Assembly (NCBI GenBank): GCA_951406725.2
Contig: OX597833.1
Span: 72,850,001-72,914,000 of the forward strand
DNA: 64,000 bases
From: Octopus vulgaris
Taxonomy: Eukaryota
Reading direction: 5' to 3'
The position numbers and the translations under genes are program-made. Each line of letters starts with the position of its first letter. The stretch's first letter is position 1. Of this stretch, positions 41,986 through 55,400 are shown in pieces. Under the pieces are notes generated by a model. The model had not been told where the DNA came from, made no database searches, and saw nothing but the letters and a program-made list of their open reading frames with translations.

Positions 41986-42454
41986 CACGAACAATGAGCA
42001 TCAAAATGATTACTTTCACATATTTTTGATACAACCCATGCCAGCATGGAAAGCGGACATTAAAGGATGATGATGATTCTGGAAGACCTGAATGTGTCCA
42101 GAAGACACAAGGGACTCTGAAACACCTCTGTTTCAACATTGCTGTCTTCTCAGGCAAAGGAGACCCCAAACTAATGGCTAACAAGAGCTCAGGGCTCCTG
42201 TTTGCTGATGCGTGTCTGATGTGAAATGGTGAAAGCCAGTTGCTGTTACATACTGAAAAGTCTCTTAGTAAGCTGTTAGTAACTAGAAACACACAAGTTT
42301 AGTAATTAAAAAAATACCAACTCAAAGCTAAGGTTAGTAAGAAACACTGAGGGTTATTGAGCAACATTTTAAGCACAAAAACAAATCTATTCAGTTATTT
42401 GTTTGTCCACCCAACTGCATGAAGCATGGTTAAGACTTTCTGCCCATGACCAAC

Positions 42455-42568
42455 CTGTCTTGTCAGGTAAGCTTATTTTCTCTTGGGTTTCAGTTGGGTT
42501 AAGTTTTGCTTTGTCAAAACTACCGATGGAGCTGCGCAACTCTTGCTCACTTTTCTCTTTGACAATAT
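42455..42568 (-). CDS. Four-repeat beta-thymosin, coding exon 2 (114 nt)
   Basis: TTTTCCTTAG|..G|GTTGGT; (D)IVKEKSEQELRSSIGSFDKAKLNPTETQEKISLPDKT. Confidence 0.9.
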
Positions 42569-45345
42569 CTAAGGAAAAAAGACAACAATAAAAACAAAAA
42601 ATAGAAAAACAAAGACATCTGAGAAAGGATTGCCGGTGGCAGTGACTGAAGGAACCAAAAGATTAAAGAATGATGGGAGGCAAAAACTGACAATAAAAGT
42701 CATTATTCTCATCACTCAAATTATTACTCATCACTTTTAAGCACAATTAAAAACACAAATCTATTCAGTTTGTTGGTCGACCCAATTGCATGAAACATGC
42801 CTCAGCACATGGTTAAGTCTTTCTGCCCATGACCAACATGTCTTGTCAACAGATAAGGCTACTTTCCAGTCATATCTTTCTGCAGATTATTTCTTAAATT
42901 GAAATCGTTTTTTTTTTTTCCAGTTTTTAGAAAAGAATCTACAAAAAGCATTTGGTTGAAAGCAGTAAACCTGATGGACCAGCAGCAAAAGAAATAAATT
43001 GGTCAGGGTTAGCAAGTTTCTCAGCCAAAAGCAAGTGCTACTTGGTCAAGCAGTGAGGGCTGGGGACATTGCAGGACTGATTATCAGTCAGGGTTTACTG
43101 GAATTAAGAGGATTATCTGCCAGACCAAGTTAAGTCAGATTCCTTGAATGACAATCTCTACATGGTCATCCATACTTGCTAAAAATAGCAGTCAAATCTT
43201 CCAACTCACACCATCCACCAAACATTAAGTTCACAGCTGAATGATTGTGGTTGGTCAACATGGCCAACGCAGCCTGTGGTCATTCAAAATGCTAGAAATA
43301 GCAGCTGCAAATCTCCATTAAATCATATCCTGCTATCTTAAAAAAGACAAGGACACATTGGATAATGTAGACTTATATGTCTGTAAAGAAGTGAAAGTCA
43401 TGGCTGGATTGTCTAATCAGTATAGTTAACTCATGATAGACTTAGAAATGAATAAAGATGAAGTCTTCAAATGATATTTCACAACTTAAAGGGTTATGGA
43501 GGCTCCCTGTTATATGGGGGGGGGGGGGTTAAAAGAAACATGATGAGCCCCGGTGAACTTTGATTGAACAAGCCTAGGATCAAAGCAACCCGACCATGAC
43601 CTTCCCATCATTTCTAGGAATATCTAGAACTAGATCATCTAACGGCTCCAATATTGTTTGATTTGAGGAGAGATGTGACTCTTATTTCTTTGAGGTGAAA
43701 ACTTTAAGAAATCTGAATCAAGAATTTTATTTTTGTTCTGGGAATAAACCAGAGAAGCACTCAAGACCGGGTTTCCTGTGGCTCTGGAATCCATTCTACA
43801 TGGAGAAAACAAGGAAATTAATGGACGACTTGGTCAGTTGCCAAAGTATTGCAGCTACGGAATTGTCAACCAGTGAAAATGTATCCGGTTATAAATCTGA
43901 CCAATGTGCTTGTCACCATGACAACAGGGAAGCTGACGGATGCAGACAAAACCCGTGTTTTGTTTGTCTTCAAGGTTTTAATGTCTCCTCTTTAAAAAAA
44001 AAGACACTTCATTGCATAATTATTTCTATAAATAGTTTCTACATCAAACACACGATGAAGCAGTTCTGCTGTGACCACAAGAAAGGAGCCTTTATAACAT
44101 GGCTTCATGCTAGAAATAGTCAGCTATCTCTCCTTCAAATTAGTCTCATCATAAAAAGGAAGCTCGAGTTGTGATTATGTGGCCTCAATAGAGAATAGGG
44201 TTGTTTGATGATGGTTAATCTGGGACTAAAACAACAGCTATGAGCCCTTAAGGTGGTTACTCAAATGGCCTATAATAGCACCCAAATCTCCCTCAAAATA
44301 CTCTCCTACAGCCTTGAGAAAATTGAAGACCACAGCCTTACACACACGTGAGAGAGAAAGAGAGAGAGAGAGAAACAAAAGGCAGGATCATAACTGCAAC
44401 AGCTGATGAGATCAGCTTTAAGGAAGTTAACCTAGGGTTAAACAAAAGCAACAGTATGGTAGTGTTGGCAAGGATATTCAGCTTGCCCCTCCATGGCCAC
44501 TCCATTTGCTAAGCTGTCATTTCCAGGGAGGCAAAGAGAATAGAATCAGCAAAGACTAAAATGTCATCCAAAGTCTTCTGTCCACCATTGAAAGAATTCC
44601 ACATCTTTTTGACTCGTCCATTTGCATTTTGGTGAAGCAAAATTAAATCATTTCTCTGGGATTTTTCTTGCAGTTTATGGCCAGAATTGTTACAGCAGAC
44701 AAAGTACTTTGTACTAATGGTTTTGTTTGCCTACATGTGAGTTCAAATCCAATTGGGGTCAATGAAATAAAAATACCAATCTGTTTATTACCAGAGTCTA
44801 GTTTATACCCCTCCCCTCAAATGTAGTCTGGTTCTTTGTGTTTTCTGGCTTTGAATTCCAGAAGAATGAAAAGCCAAGTTGACTTCAGTGGGATTCAAGG
44901 GATTAATAAAATCAATGTCCTCCCACCCCTCCAAAACGTGGGTGTGACCCTTGCCAGACCCCTGTTTCTGCTCTTCAATCGAGGAAGGATACAGTTTCTA
45001 GCGTCCTAGGCAAAGTAACTTGACTCTAAGGACCAGATTTCATTTTCCCATCATGCAGTGGCAGAGGTCCCAACCAAACAAGGACATCTGCCAGTCAGGC
45101 ATTCGAAAGACAGCAAAAGAGGGACCAGGCTTACAAAAGAAAAGAGAAGAGAAAAATGGGGCCAATTTGTTTGGTTAAATCTGTTTCAAGGCACTGCTCC
45201 AGCATGGCTGTAATCCAATGACTGAAACAAGTGAAAGAGTAAAAGAAAATCATTCATTTCCCCCCCTCCCACCTCCCCACAGCCATTCCACTTTTCAGAC
45301 CCTTAAAAAGATAAAAGAGAAAAAAAGGGGGGTTTTAATTTTTAC

Positions 45346-45463
45346 CAGTTTTCGTCGGAAGAGCGGTCTTCTCCTGAACGTCGATGTGTTGCAGGTCGTC
45401 CTTCTTGGTGGTTTTGATTTCATCCAAGAATGGTCGGGGAGCAGTAGTGGTGGTGGTGGTCAT
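45346..45463 (-). CDS. Four-repeat beta-thymosin, coding exon 1
   Basis: CAAGATG start, MTTTTTTAPRPFLDEIKTTKKDDLQHIDVQEKTALPTKT, donor G|GTAAAA (phase 1); acceptor TTTGAAG| at 45481/45480; total CDS 489 nt = 162 aa. Confidence 0.88.
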
Positions 45464-45597
45464 CTTGGAATTTAAAAGGCCTTCAAATATAAAAAGACAT
45501 TAATTACCAAAGTTGATTAGTTAATACGATTATCGTTTGTTACTCATTTAAATATCTTCCAGCTGCACGGGACTTGTGGCTGCAAGCATCATGGGAA

Positions 45598-45670
45598 AAA
45601 GAAGGGAATTGTTTAATCTCGGATAAAGAAGGGAATTGTTTAATCTCGGATAAAGAAGGGAATTGTTTAA
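45598..45670. repeat. 27-bp tandem repeat x2.7 (AAAGAAGGGAATTGTTTAATCTCGGAT)
   Basis: Direct reading, identical units. Confidence 0.9.
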
Positions 45671-46544
45671 AAAATTAATCTTATTTAGAAAAAAGAAATT
45701 AGTAAAAATAAAAAGATTGTTTAGAAGAGAGGAAATGAGAAAAGAAAAAACAAAAAAAGGTAATCATTTGGAAAAGAGGAATTTTTAATTAATGATGAAG
45801 AGGAGGACAGTGTTATCAAATGCAGATGGACAGGAGCAAAATTATACTTGGCAAGATTACTGCTGCCAATACCTTTTCCAACAAGTAAGGTGTGGTTGAA
45901 GGGAATTTTAGCTACTATTTCTAATATGCTGTGGGCATATGGCGTGGTGGTTAAGAGTGCAGGCTACTAACCCCAAGATTCCGAGTTCGATTCCAAAAAC
46001 TGTTGGAATGTATTTGTGTTGAGAAAGATTAAGAGGAATCTTAGGTATCATCAGTGTTTTACATCCACTTTACCCTGCTGGCATGGGTTGGACGTTTTAC
46101 AAAACACTTCAGTCAAATTCCCAACCTCCCACCAACACTCAGCTTCCTCTTCCAGGAATGCAACTGGAACAAACAAATGAAATATTTTTCATCCAAAAGA
46201 ATTTAAACCAAATTTTTTCCTTTTTTTTACCTTGTTTAAAAAGCTGAATTTTCAAGTCACCTGACCTGCTAAAAATTAGCCAAAATCTCCCTCAAACCAT
46301 TTCCAATAACAATAAAAAGCAAATGGATGCATTGAATAAGGTAATTAAGGAAATATTGTGAGGAAATAACATAGGATTGTCATGGTTGGAATGATTTAAT
46401 CACAAGTCCTTACAAAGTTAAAAGTAGGTCAGCTTCACCAGAAATGATCAACTAAATTTCCTATCAAGCGGGACACCTTCAACTACCACACAAACACACC
46501 TCTTCCTCTGCAAATGCACAAATACATGAAGAGGTGCCTCATCA

Positions 46545-47022
46545 GCATCATCGTCGTCATCATTGTTGTTTAACGTCTGCTTTCCATGCTGGCATGGGTT
46601 GGACGGTTTGACTGAGGAGTGGCGAGCCAGATGGCTGCACCAGGCTCCAATCAGATCTGGCAGAGTTTCTACAGCTTGATGCCCTTCCTAATGCCAACCA
46701 CTCCGAGTGTAGTGGGTGCTTTTATGTGCCACCGACACGAGGGCCAGCCAAGCGGTACTGGCAATGGCCATGCTCAAATGGTGTTTTTTAAGTGCCACCT
46801 GCACAGGAGCCAGTCCAGTGGCACTGGCAACGACCTTGCTCGAATGTTGTTTTTCATGTGCCACCAGCACAAGTGCCAGTAAGGCGACGCAGGTAATGAT
46901 TGCACTCGAATGGTGCTTTTTGCATGCCACCGGCATGGGAGCCAGTCAGCAGCCCTGGCAACAATCACGCTCAGATGGTGCTCTTAACGTTCCACCAGCA
47001 CAGATGCCAGTCAGGCGCTGCT
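46545..47022 (-). mobile_element. RTE-related SINE-like element with an internal 66-bp tandem array
   Basis: Minus strand: GGTTGGCATTAGGAAGGGCATC..AACCGTCCAACCCATGCCAGCATGGAAAGCAGACGTTAAA..(GAT)n; same tail at 34770-34820, 42030-42075, 55488-55530; GCCACC recurs at 46728, 46794, 46860, 46926, ~46991. Confidence 0.75.
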
Positions 47023-49496
47023 GTCATCAGCCACAACTTAAGATAAACATTTCATATTGCCAAGAATTTCCAATAAAAAAAAATAAATCTAAAACCTCAG
47101 CCACCATCACAGATTAAGCTTTCTTAAAAGATAGAATTGTTTAGAATTACGTGGAAGGAAAAGAAATTTCATATACAGATATACAAGATTATCTCTGTAA
47201 GAATATTTATTTGGTTGGCACCAAATTTCATTTTCAAACTTAACAAAGAGTTCTTTCTTGTCTAACAGCATCAAAATAGACAACGACTGCAACACGATAC
47301 CCTAACCCTCCTCAAAGAATTTCTTTTTAAATTTCTCTTTAAACAGTTTTTCACACCCACACATTTTCTCTCAGAATTTTTGCATCTGTTTTTTCAAGAC
47401 TGTATAGTGAGAGGTATGGCTGTGTGGTCAAGAAGTTTGCTTCCCAACAATGTGGTCTTGGGTTCAATTCTACTGCACAGCACCTAGGCAAGTGTCTTCT
47501 ATAGCCCCAAACTACCAAATCCACTTGTGAGTGGATTTTGGTAGATGGAAACTGGCAGAATCCTGTACTCTCATCCAGACATCCCACAAATGGTGTCAAT
47601 AAGCACCATTCATACTTACAAGTGATGTTTGTCAACAAACATTCCATGAAAAACTTGTCTGTCCATGGGGAAACAAGCAAAACAGGTGAAGAATGGGAAC
47701 AGGAAGGACACCTGGCCTTAACTTGCTCCAGCTGAGCCACATGGTCATTAAATGATGATCTATCGCTAGTACAAGTCCTCTTCAACAGCTTTTCAGCATT
47801 TATCCCATTTTTTTGTAAGGTTTTAGCATCCCAAGACCAGCTTTTACCATTTTGATCTCTTCTTTGGTCTTCCCCATCTACTTGAATCCCCTGCTATTTT
47901 CTTACCCAACTTTCAGCATCCACAACCAACAAACTCCTCCTCCCTTCCACACATCCAGATCTTCTTCTCCCAAACACAGAAGCACTTCACATACAAATCT
48001 TGCTGAACACCACCACAGCTTCATTTCTTTTCTCTTTGTTCATATCCTTCAGGATTCACTGGTTAATGCCTGATGATCAGATGAGACCAGGCTTCACACA
48101 CAAGCATCATAAAACTGTTTTTCCACGCAGATCAAACCCTTTGTTACCCTCAAAGCCAAAAAGCTCCCTCTACTTTCTCAAGCTTCTTATTCAGACTATA
48201 GGATCCCTTCAGAGCACTCTTCCATCTTGTATATCATCATCACCTTTTAACTTCCATCTTCCTAGCTAATATGCATTGGACAATCAGAGAGGATCCAATG
48301 GCCCCAAGGACTGCATCAGACTCCATTTGTCTGGATGAGAATCTGATGTAGACAGGGCTGCACCAACAACCAATAGGTACTCTTTAGCTGAGCAGATTCT
48401 GGAGTAACATAAAATGAAAAGCCTTGCTCAATGATGCAATGGGATACTCAGTCCAGAAATTAACTTAATGATTTATAAACTGAACGCAATCCTGGTGATG
48501 TGTTGAGAGAGAGATAAGAGTACAAGGAAGCTGTCTTCATTTTATTCTGTTAATCTAACATTCCACTATATCCGTGTGCATTTGTCAACAAAACTCAGTC
48601 TATGAGAAGATCCTGTTTTAAACATCAAAATATACTTTAGTAACTGAATTTCAAGGAGAGAGAGAGAGAGATTATTTAAATACAGTTTACAGAGGTTGGA
48701 TTTTCCTTTAAGGCTTATTTGTTTCCACTCTTTGAAAACATTTCAGGACCACATTAATTGCGAAACTCTTGTGATTACCTTCAATGAGTCAGGCCTACAA
48801 GAGCCTTGCTCAATCTACTAGAAATAGCAACCAAACCTCTCTCAGATCACACTATATTCTTTAAAAATATGTATTGTACATTGGAGAATGTAACTGTAGA
48901 TAAAAGGACTCAATAATCACAACTGGAATATCATTTTCTAGGGGTCAACTAGATTAGAGCTGATCTGGAACTAAAGTGTTCTGGTATTTTTTTTCTTTTT
49001 TAATTCATCAGAAAATAAAATAGAATACAACTGGTCTGTTTACCATTATTAAAGCTGCTGAGAGCATCACTATCCCTACATAAACCAACAAAGAAATATC
49101 CACATTGGTGCTGGAAATGGCAACCAAATTTCATCTCAGATCTCATTATTATGGGGAAAAAAACCCAGCTTGAATACACTGGATGTCATCTCTAATATTA
49201 AAAACAGGATGGTCACAAATGGACTGCCTTTGATCATAAGTCTAAGACCAGCCTGAACAAACACCACCACCACCACTACCACTGCTAATCTTCAAAAATA
49301 TTTCATCCAAAGTCAGTCAATGCTTAAAATTCTGATGGAAACCATTTTCTCTAACCCCTCCCCCCACCCCCGACCTTTAAAAACAATTATATTTGAGATT
49401 TCTGTTTTGTCCTAAATTTTAACTGAGGTCACTTAACATATTTAATCTATGACTCATTAAATATGTTAACTCAGACAAATAGCAATGGGGGGGGTC

Positions 49497-49538
<42 letters not shown>

Positions 49539-50398
49539 TATTTTCTACTATAGGCACAAGGCACAAAATTTGGGGGGAGGGGGCCAGTCAATTAGATTGA
49601 CCCCAGTATGCAACTGGTACTTTATCAGCCCCGAAAGGATGAAAGGCAAAGTTGACAACAGAAGATGAAGTACTGCTAAGTATTTTGCCTTGCATGCTAA
49701 CGTTTCTGCCAGCTTGCCGCCTTTATTTATATATCGTTGTCTAGGGAGGGTCATTATGCTAATAAATAAACACACACACGTTGGTTCAATACCATTTCTT
49801 TATTTTACAGACTATCTGATGGTTTGTTTGATGTGCTGATTGAACAATTAATCAGTGGCTAGTTTTCTGTCAGTCCTTTTGTTGCAAATTCAAAACCTCA
49901 TCAATGATCTGCCCTCATAAACTAACTATTTCACACACACACACATTTTTGCAAATTCACTTAGAATTTACTTAAATATACAAGACTAAAAGAAATTTAG
50001 GTGCCATTTGCATGATCCTGATGTGGAAATAATTCCTTAGAATGTAGATCGAAACTGAATTCAATATTTTGAGTACAAATTACTCTGGAATCAGCTTCTC
50101 TCCAAATGAACTTCAGGTCAGTTGCCAATGAGAAATTAGGGACCAAATAATGATGAAGGGCAGAATTCCTGGCACAGGGGATAAAATAGCTTGCAGTAGT
50201 TCATCACATCAGCAGTTCAAATCCAACCCCCAAGGTACACAGTGTCAGTTTAAACTTGTTAGTCATCATATTTCTGTTGAAATATGGAGTCTTCTTTAGA
50301 AAATAATGAACTCATTATTAAGTGATAAGAGCACCACTTGAAAGTCAGAGTAACCTCAATAGAATTCATTTTGTGATAAGCAGACTAAGATCTTACAA

Positions 50399-51055
50399 CT
50401 TTTCTGTTTAGCTGCACCTGTAGAAATTTTCAAGTTTTGTGAAAATTTTTTAATTTGGTGGATTAATGTAATTTTCCATGCTGAATCTCAAGTAATAATT
50501 CACTTTTTCTAGAAAGTTTTTTAAAAAAGTTACAAACGGTTTAAATTTTGATCATTTTTACAGAGTCAGAAAACAGGATTTGAAAGCTTATTTTATGCGG
50601 GACTTCATATTGTCAAATGAAAAATTGGTGGAATTCTGCTTCAACACACATAACCACTTGGAACTCTTATTTTTTGGAATTTTCAAAACAATTTTTGTAA
50701 ATTTGTAGTCTAAACACGGGAATTCATACAATTATGCAAAAAAAAGTTCCAATTGATTTTAGTACGTCTCATGACCACCTCATAATCCATATTTTAAGCA
50801 TTTAATAAGCAAAAAATGACCATGTGGCTAAGCAGCTTGGTGACACAGCGTGGCTTCTTAGAAAATAGGCTTTCAAATGGCTAAAATTACCCAAAATTTG
50901 CAAACTTTAAAAGTTATTAACCCTTTATTTATTGATTTATGGTGAAAATGAATTTGTGTCAATGATTATCATACAAAACTACACCAATACACCAAATATG
51001 AAATCAACTGGAACAAAATTTGAAGAAATTGAAAAGTGGCAGCCGAACAGAAAAG
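50399..51055. mobile_element. Non-autonomous DNA transposon (~650 bp) with ~40-bp imperfect TIRs
   Basis: CTTTTCTGTTTAGCTGCACC..CAAGTTTTG (50399-50439) versus CAAAATTTG..GTGGCAGCCGAACAGAAAAG (51014-51055). Confidence 0.65.
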
Positions 51056-52357
51056 ATCCCAAAAGTTAATTTGAGGCTCCATCATCTCCCACTAACACCT
51101 GGAAAGGGCCAGGGGCACTGTCCCACCATACCCACATCATTTAACAGATAAGAAAAAAATACATTCAATAAGTTCACTCTACAAATGCAGGTTTCAGGTT
51201 GTGTGTGGCAAGTTGACCAATGACTTGAGTGAATTTGGTAGATGGAAACTGTGTGGAAGCCAGTCATGTGTGTGTGTGTGTGTGTGTGTGTGTTTTGACC
51301 CTCACCGTCACTTGACAGCCAGTGTTGGTTTGTTTACATTACTATAACTTAGTGGTTCAGCAAAAGAGATTGATAGAATAAGTAATACGTAAAAAGTACT
51401 GGTATTGACTAAACACTTCAAGAGGGGGTGCTCCAGCATGGTCGCAATCCAATGACTGAAACAAGTAAAAGATTAAAAATCCAGGGAAAGAACAGCATGA
51501 TAGAAAAAGAAAAAAAAAAGGAGTGGTTTAATGAGAGGGGGGAGTGGTGGTGAGAGATTGTTATTTAAGGATGGGCAAAACAATAACAAAACAGTCTCTC
51601 TCCTCTTCCTCCCACTTCCTCAGTGAATGTAAGTGCACACGCACGCACGCACACACACACGCACGCACGCGCACGCACGCACCAACCAACTTCACTAGAA
51701 ACTTCTATTTTCCACACAGGATGTGTGTTGGGTGGGAGTGGATTTAAGCTGATAGAATTGAGATAAGGAAAGAGAGAAAAGTTAATGGAGCAGTGGTGGT
51801 GGCCACAGGAGGGGGGGAATGGCGGCGGAGAGGGGGACGGGGGCGGGGGGAAGAGTTAAAGTTTTTTTTAAATCTACTTTTATAATCAGAAGAATCTTTG
51901 TGTTGGTTTACATCTCTCCTTTGGCAATGAAGGCCATGGATGGAGGGGGGGGGAGACATGCTTTGCCTCCGGCTTCAGCTGTGTGTGTGTGTGAGTGTGT
52001 GTTATTTTTTTACTTGTTTCATTAGACTGTGGCCAAGCTGGAGCAGTACCTTGAGGAATCTTCAGTCGAATGAATCAAACCCGACAAACCTTATTTTTTA
52101 AACGTGGGACTTGTTCACTTTCGCAAAATCTTTCAGTTATGGGGAGGTCAACATCAGTTGCCAAGCAACGGTAGGGGACACAGATCCACACACACACAGT
52201 AGGCTTCTTTCAGTTTCCATCAGCCAAATCCACTTGCAAGGTCTTGGTTGACCTGAGGTTATTTATAGTAGTAGATTCTTGCTCAAGGTGCCAGGCAGTG
52301 GGACTGAACCCGGAGCCATGTGGTTGAGAAGCAAGCTTGTTACCACACAGCTACAAC

Positions 52358-52402
<45 letters not shown>

Positions 52403-55400
52403 ACGTGGCTGTGTGTGCGTTGTCCCCACCACTGCTGGGCAACCAGTGTTGGTTTGCTTACATCCCTATAACTTAGCAGTTTCACAAAGAAGACCAACAG
52501 ACTAAGTACGAAACTTAAGTCCTGGGGTTGATTTGACTCAACCCTTGAAGGCATTGCTCCAGTATGACCGCAATCCAATGATGACTGAAACAACTAAACG
52601 ATTATTCTGAAAACCATGTGGTATGTTTCACGAGAAACATGGTAAAGGATGGATTTGGGTGAAAGAAGGAGTGTAGCACACACACACACACACACACACC
52701 CGTCCCTTGAAGGGTGTGGTCCGCATCAGAAATTTCGTTTGCCAGAAACGGCAGAAAGTCGAGTAGAAGCCTTTGAGGTGTTCAGTTACATCTTAAAGTT
52801 CAAATTTCACTCAACAAAGGGAGTTAATCCATTTCGCTGAGATGGATTAACTCTTTGCATCACAGACGGGGGGGGGGCAGCGTATTCACAGACGGGTTCG
52901 TTATCCACACTTTAAAGGGATCCCAATAAAAACCCTTCATTATCTCTTCCAAATATCATCTTAATGATAAATTTATTTCACCAATTTTTTCTTTATTTTT
53001 GAAATTAACGAAAGCACAGGCAACACAATTCAGTTGTATTCACCAAAGTAGCGGTCGAAGGGCTGGACAGCGATCGGCCCCCAACGTCCAACACACCACA
53101 ATGACCCCTTTTACTAGAAACTTAAACCCAATGGCTCAGTTATGAGGACAGAAACTGACCGTGGTGGTCAAGCAGGGTGGCAACCGATCTGATCTCACAC
53201 ACAATGTTCCTTCAGCCAATTATTAATAAAAACACCCAGAAGACCTTTCTTTTGTGTTTTTCTTTGTTTGCCTCACCATGTGTGTGTGGAGAGAGAGAGA
53301 GATACACACAGACAGGCATAGAAACACACCTGACAGGCTTCCAGTTTCTTTCTATTTACCAAATTCACTCCCAAGGGATTGGCTTCACCCAGGGTCCATA
53401 CATAAGAACACACTTGCCCAAAGAGCTGCGCAGGACTGAACCCAAAACCAGATTATTGCAAAGCAAACTTCTTAACCACACACCCACACAATTATTTGAA
53501 TTTCTGGGGTTTTTTTTAAAGACATGTCTGAAAAGAGTGTTTTCTCTGGGCCCCTTCCATCTCCTGATATTAGCAAAACACCTCCCAACACCACTGCTAC
53601 TATGACTAGAGAAACTGGTTCTGTCAGCAAAACCAAAACATTTTGAGAGTGAAATCTGGTTTTTGTTTGAATATATATTTTTGACATCCACCTCCGTAAA
53701 AAACAATCCACCCTCACAATAATTAACTAATTGTAGAAAAACCAACTACTTGGGGGGGGGGGGGGGAGTGCATTAATAAAACACTTTACACAAACCAAAT
53801 AAGAAACATGACTCAATAAGTTTAGTCTCGATGTGGCTACTTAGAGCTAGAAACAGCAGCCAAATCTCTCAAATCACACCAACTATCTAAAATTCCAAGC
53901 AGGACACACTGTACTCTCGTATAGAGCCACTAAAAACAAGAGGGTCTTCAATGATACACATCTCTGCTTGATCAACACCAACTTGAGGTCCCTTAAAAAC
54001 AGGCAGGGCACAACAATGGCAAAAAATAATGCCTCTGAGATTAAGTTTCCTCTGTCAGGTTCCAACTATATTTCCAGCTTGAGAGTTCTTGAGACTCATT
54101 CTTTCACAGACGTCCCCCCCACACACCCACCCTCAATTCTTTTGATTTCACAAAGTAGCATAATCCAAAGGACCACACCCTAACCTTTCGCTCCATTTTA
54201 TTCATCAAGAGACTCTCTACAGGCTGCCTCAGCCTGCTAGAAATAGCAGGTTATCACTTCTGATCAGCTTCAGACTGCTTCTACAAACTTCTTTGTTTAA
54301 TGTGATCTAAACTTAAATCTTCCATCAAAATTTCATTCCAAGTTATGATTCCGAGTACAAAATTGTTTTACTGAATTTTTCATTAATCTCCAAATTAATT
54401 AACAGAAAACAGAATTTCACCAGAAATATAGAAATGAAAGGATAAGAACTCCCTCAAATCAGTCGCTCTACCATCTTATAGAAAAGGAGTCCCTGCATAG
54501 ACAAAGGGGAAAATGGTTAGTCTAAATGTGTTTGAATATTAGGGTCCGTTCACACAGGGCTGACATGGCAGCTACTAACAGACTATTAGTGAGGGTGGGG
54601 GTGAAGTATAACAAAGCTTCATAGAGAGGGCAGGAGGTTAGAAATGGGAGGGGGCAGAGAAAGTTAGAAAACGGAGGGAAGGGGAGGAGATAAAATCTTT
54701 CTACTCAATGTCTTCTATAAGTCCAAGACAAAAATGTCTTCCATTAGTCTAAGAAAATTCTATTTGCATAATTTATTCAAACAATTATACATATGTAATA
54801 TGTTAGATTAATAACTGCTTTAGCACAAAACTTAATTGTACAACCATAGGAGGAACAAGCAAATATGAAATCTATTGGAAGCTAAAGACTTCAGCCATCA
54901 ACGAGAAATACGAGGAAGTGGTGGGAAAATGGCTGAAATAGCTGTTAGTCTTTATGTACAAGAGAAGGAGTTTAGCCCCAGTTCAGCCCAGGTCTAATAA
55001 ACTGCTGACCAAAGGCATTCCACCCATGAGCATCCTGCCTTTCTCCTTCCTATGTAAGGCATTTCTAGTGATTGCGAAAGAGGTTCCTTCATTGACTCAA
55101 CAATTCAGTTTCTGGTTTATTCAGAGTCTAGAGTCAAGACTAAACCAAAACTCATCACTGAGAGCCTCGTTAGAGCCAAATGTAATGAGTAACATGAAGA
55201 TGAAGTTGAAGCCAAGAGGGTCCAATTCTGTAGAATATCAGAACCAAAAGACAAATCTCCCTACACACACACACTTGACCAAACTGTTGCCATGGTCACA
55301 CATGATAAAAGGCTTACTCTACAAAAAAGCTCTGAAACATGTAAATATAATTCAGTCGTCCATCCATGATTGTTCAGCATGCTAGCAATAGCAACTAAAT

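Noticed and set aside
45933-45995. tRNA-like sequence with A and B boxes
   Set aside because: No 3' acceptor stem; truncated SINE head, like those at 200, 3548 and 14046
46716-47022. CRISPR-like repeat/spacer appearance
   Set aside because: Eukaryotic context, units homologous along their whole length, embedded in a SINE, no cas genes
47780-48270. Possible decayed RTE ORF2 fragment on the minus strand
   Set aside because: Only faint similarity (WVRK..I.VDG); cannot be supported by eye
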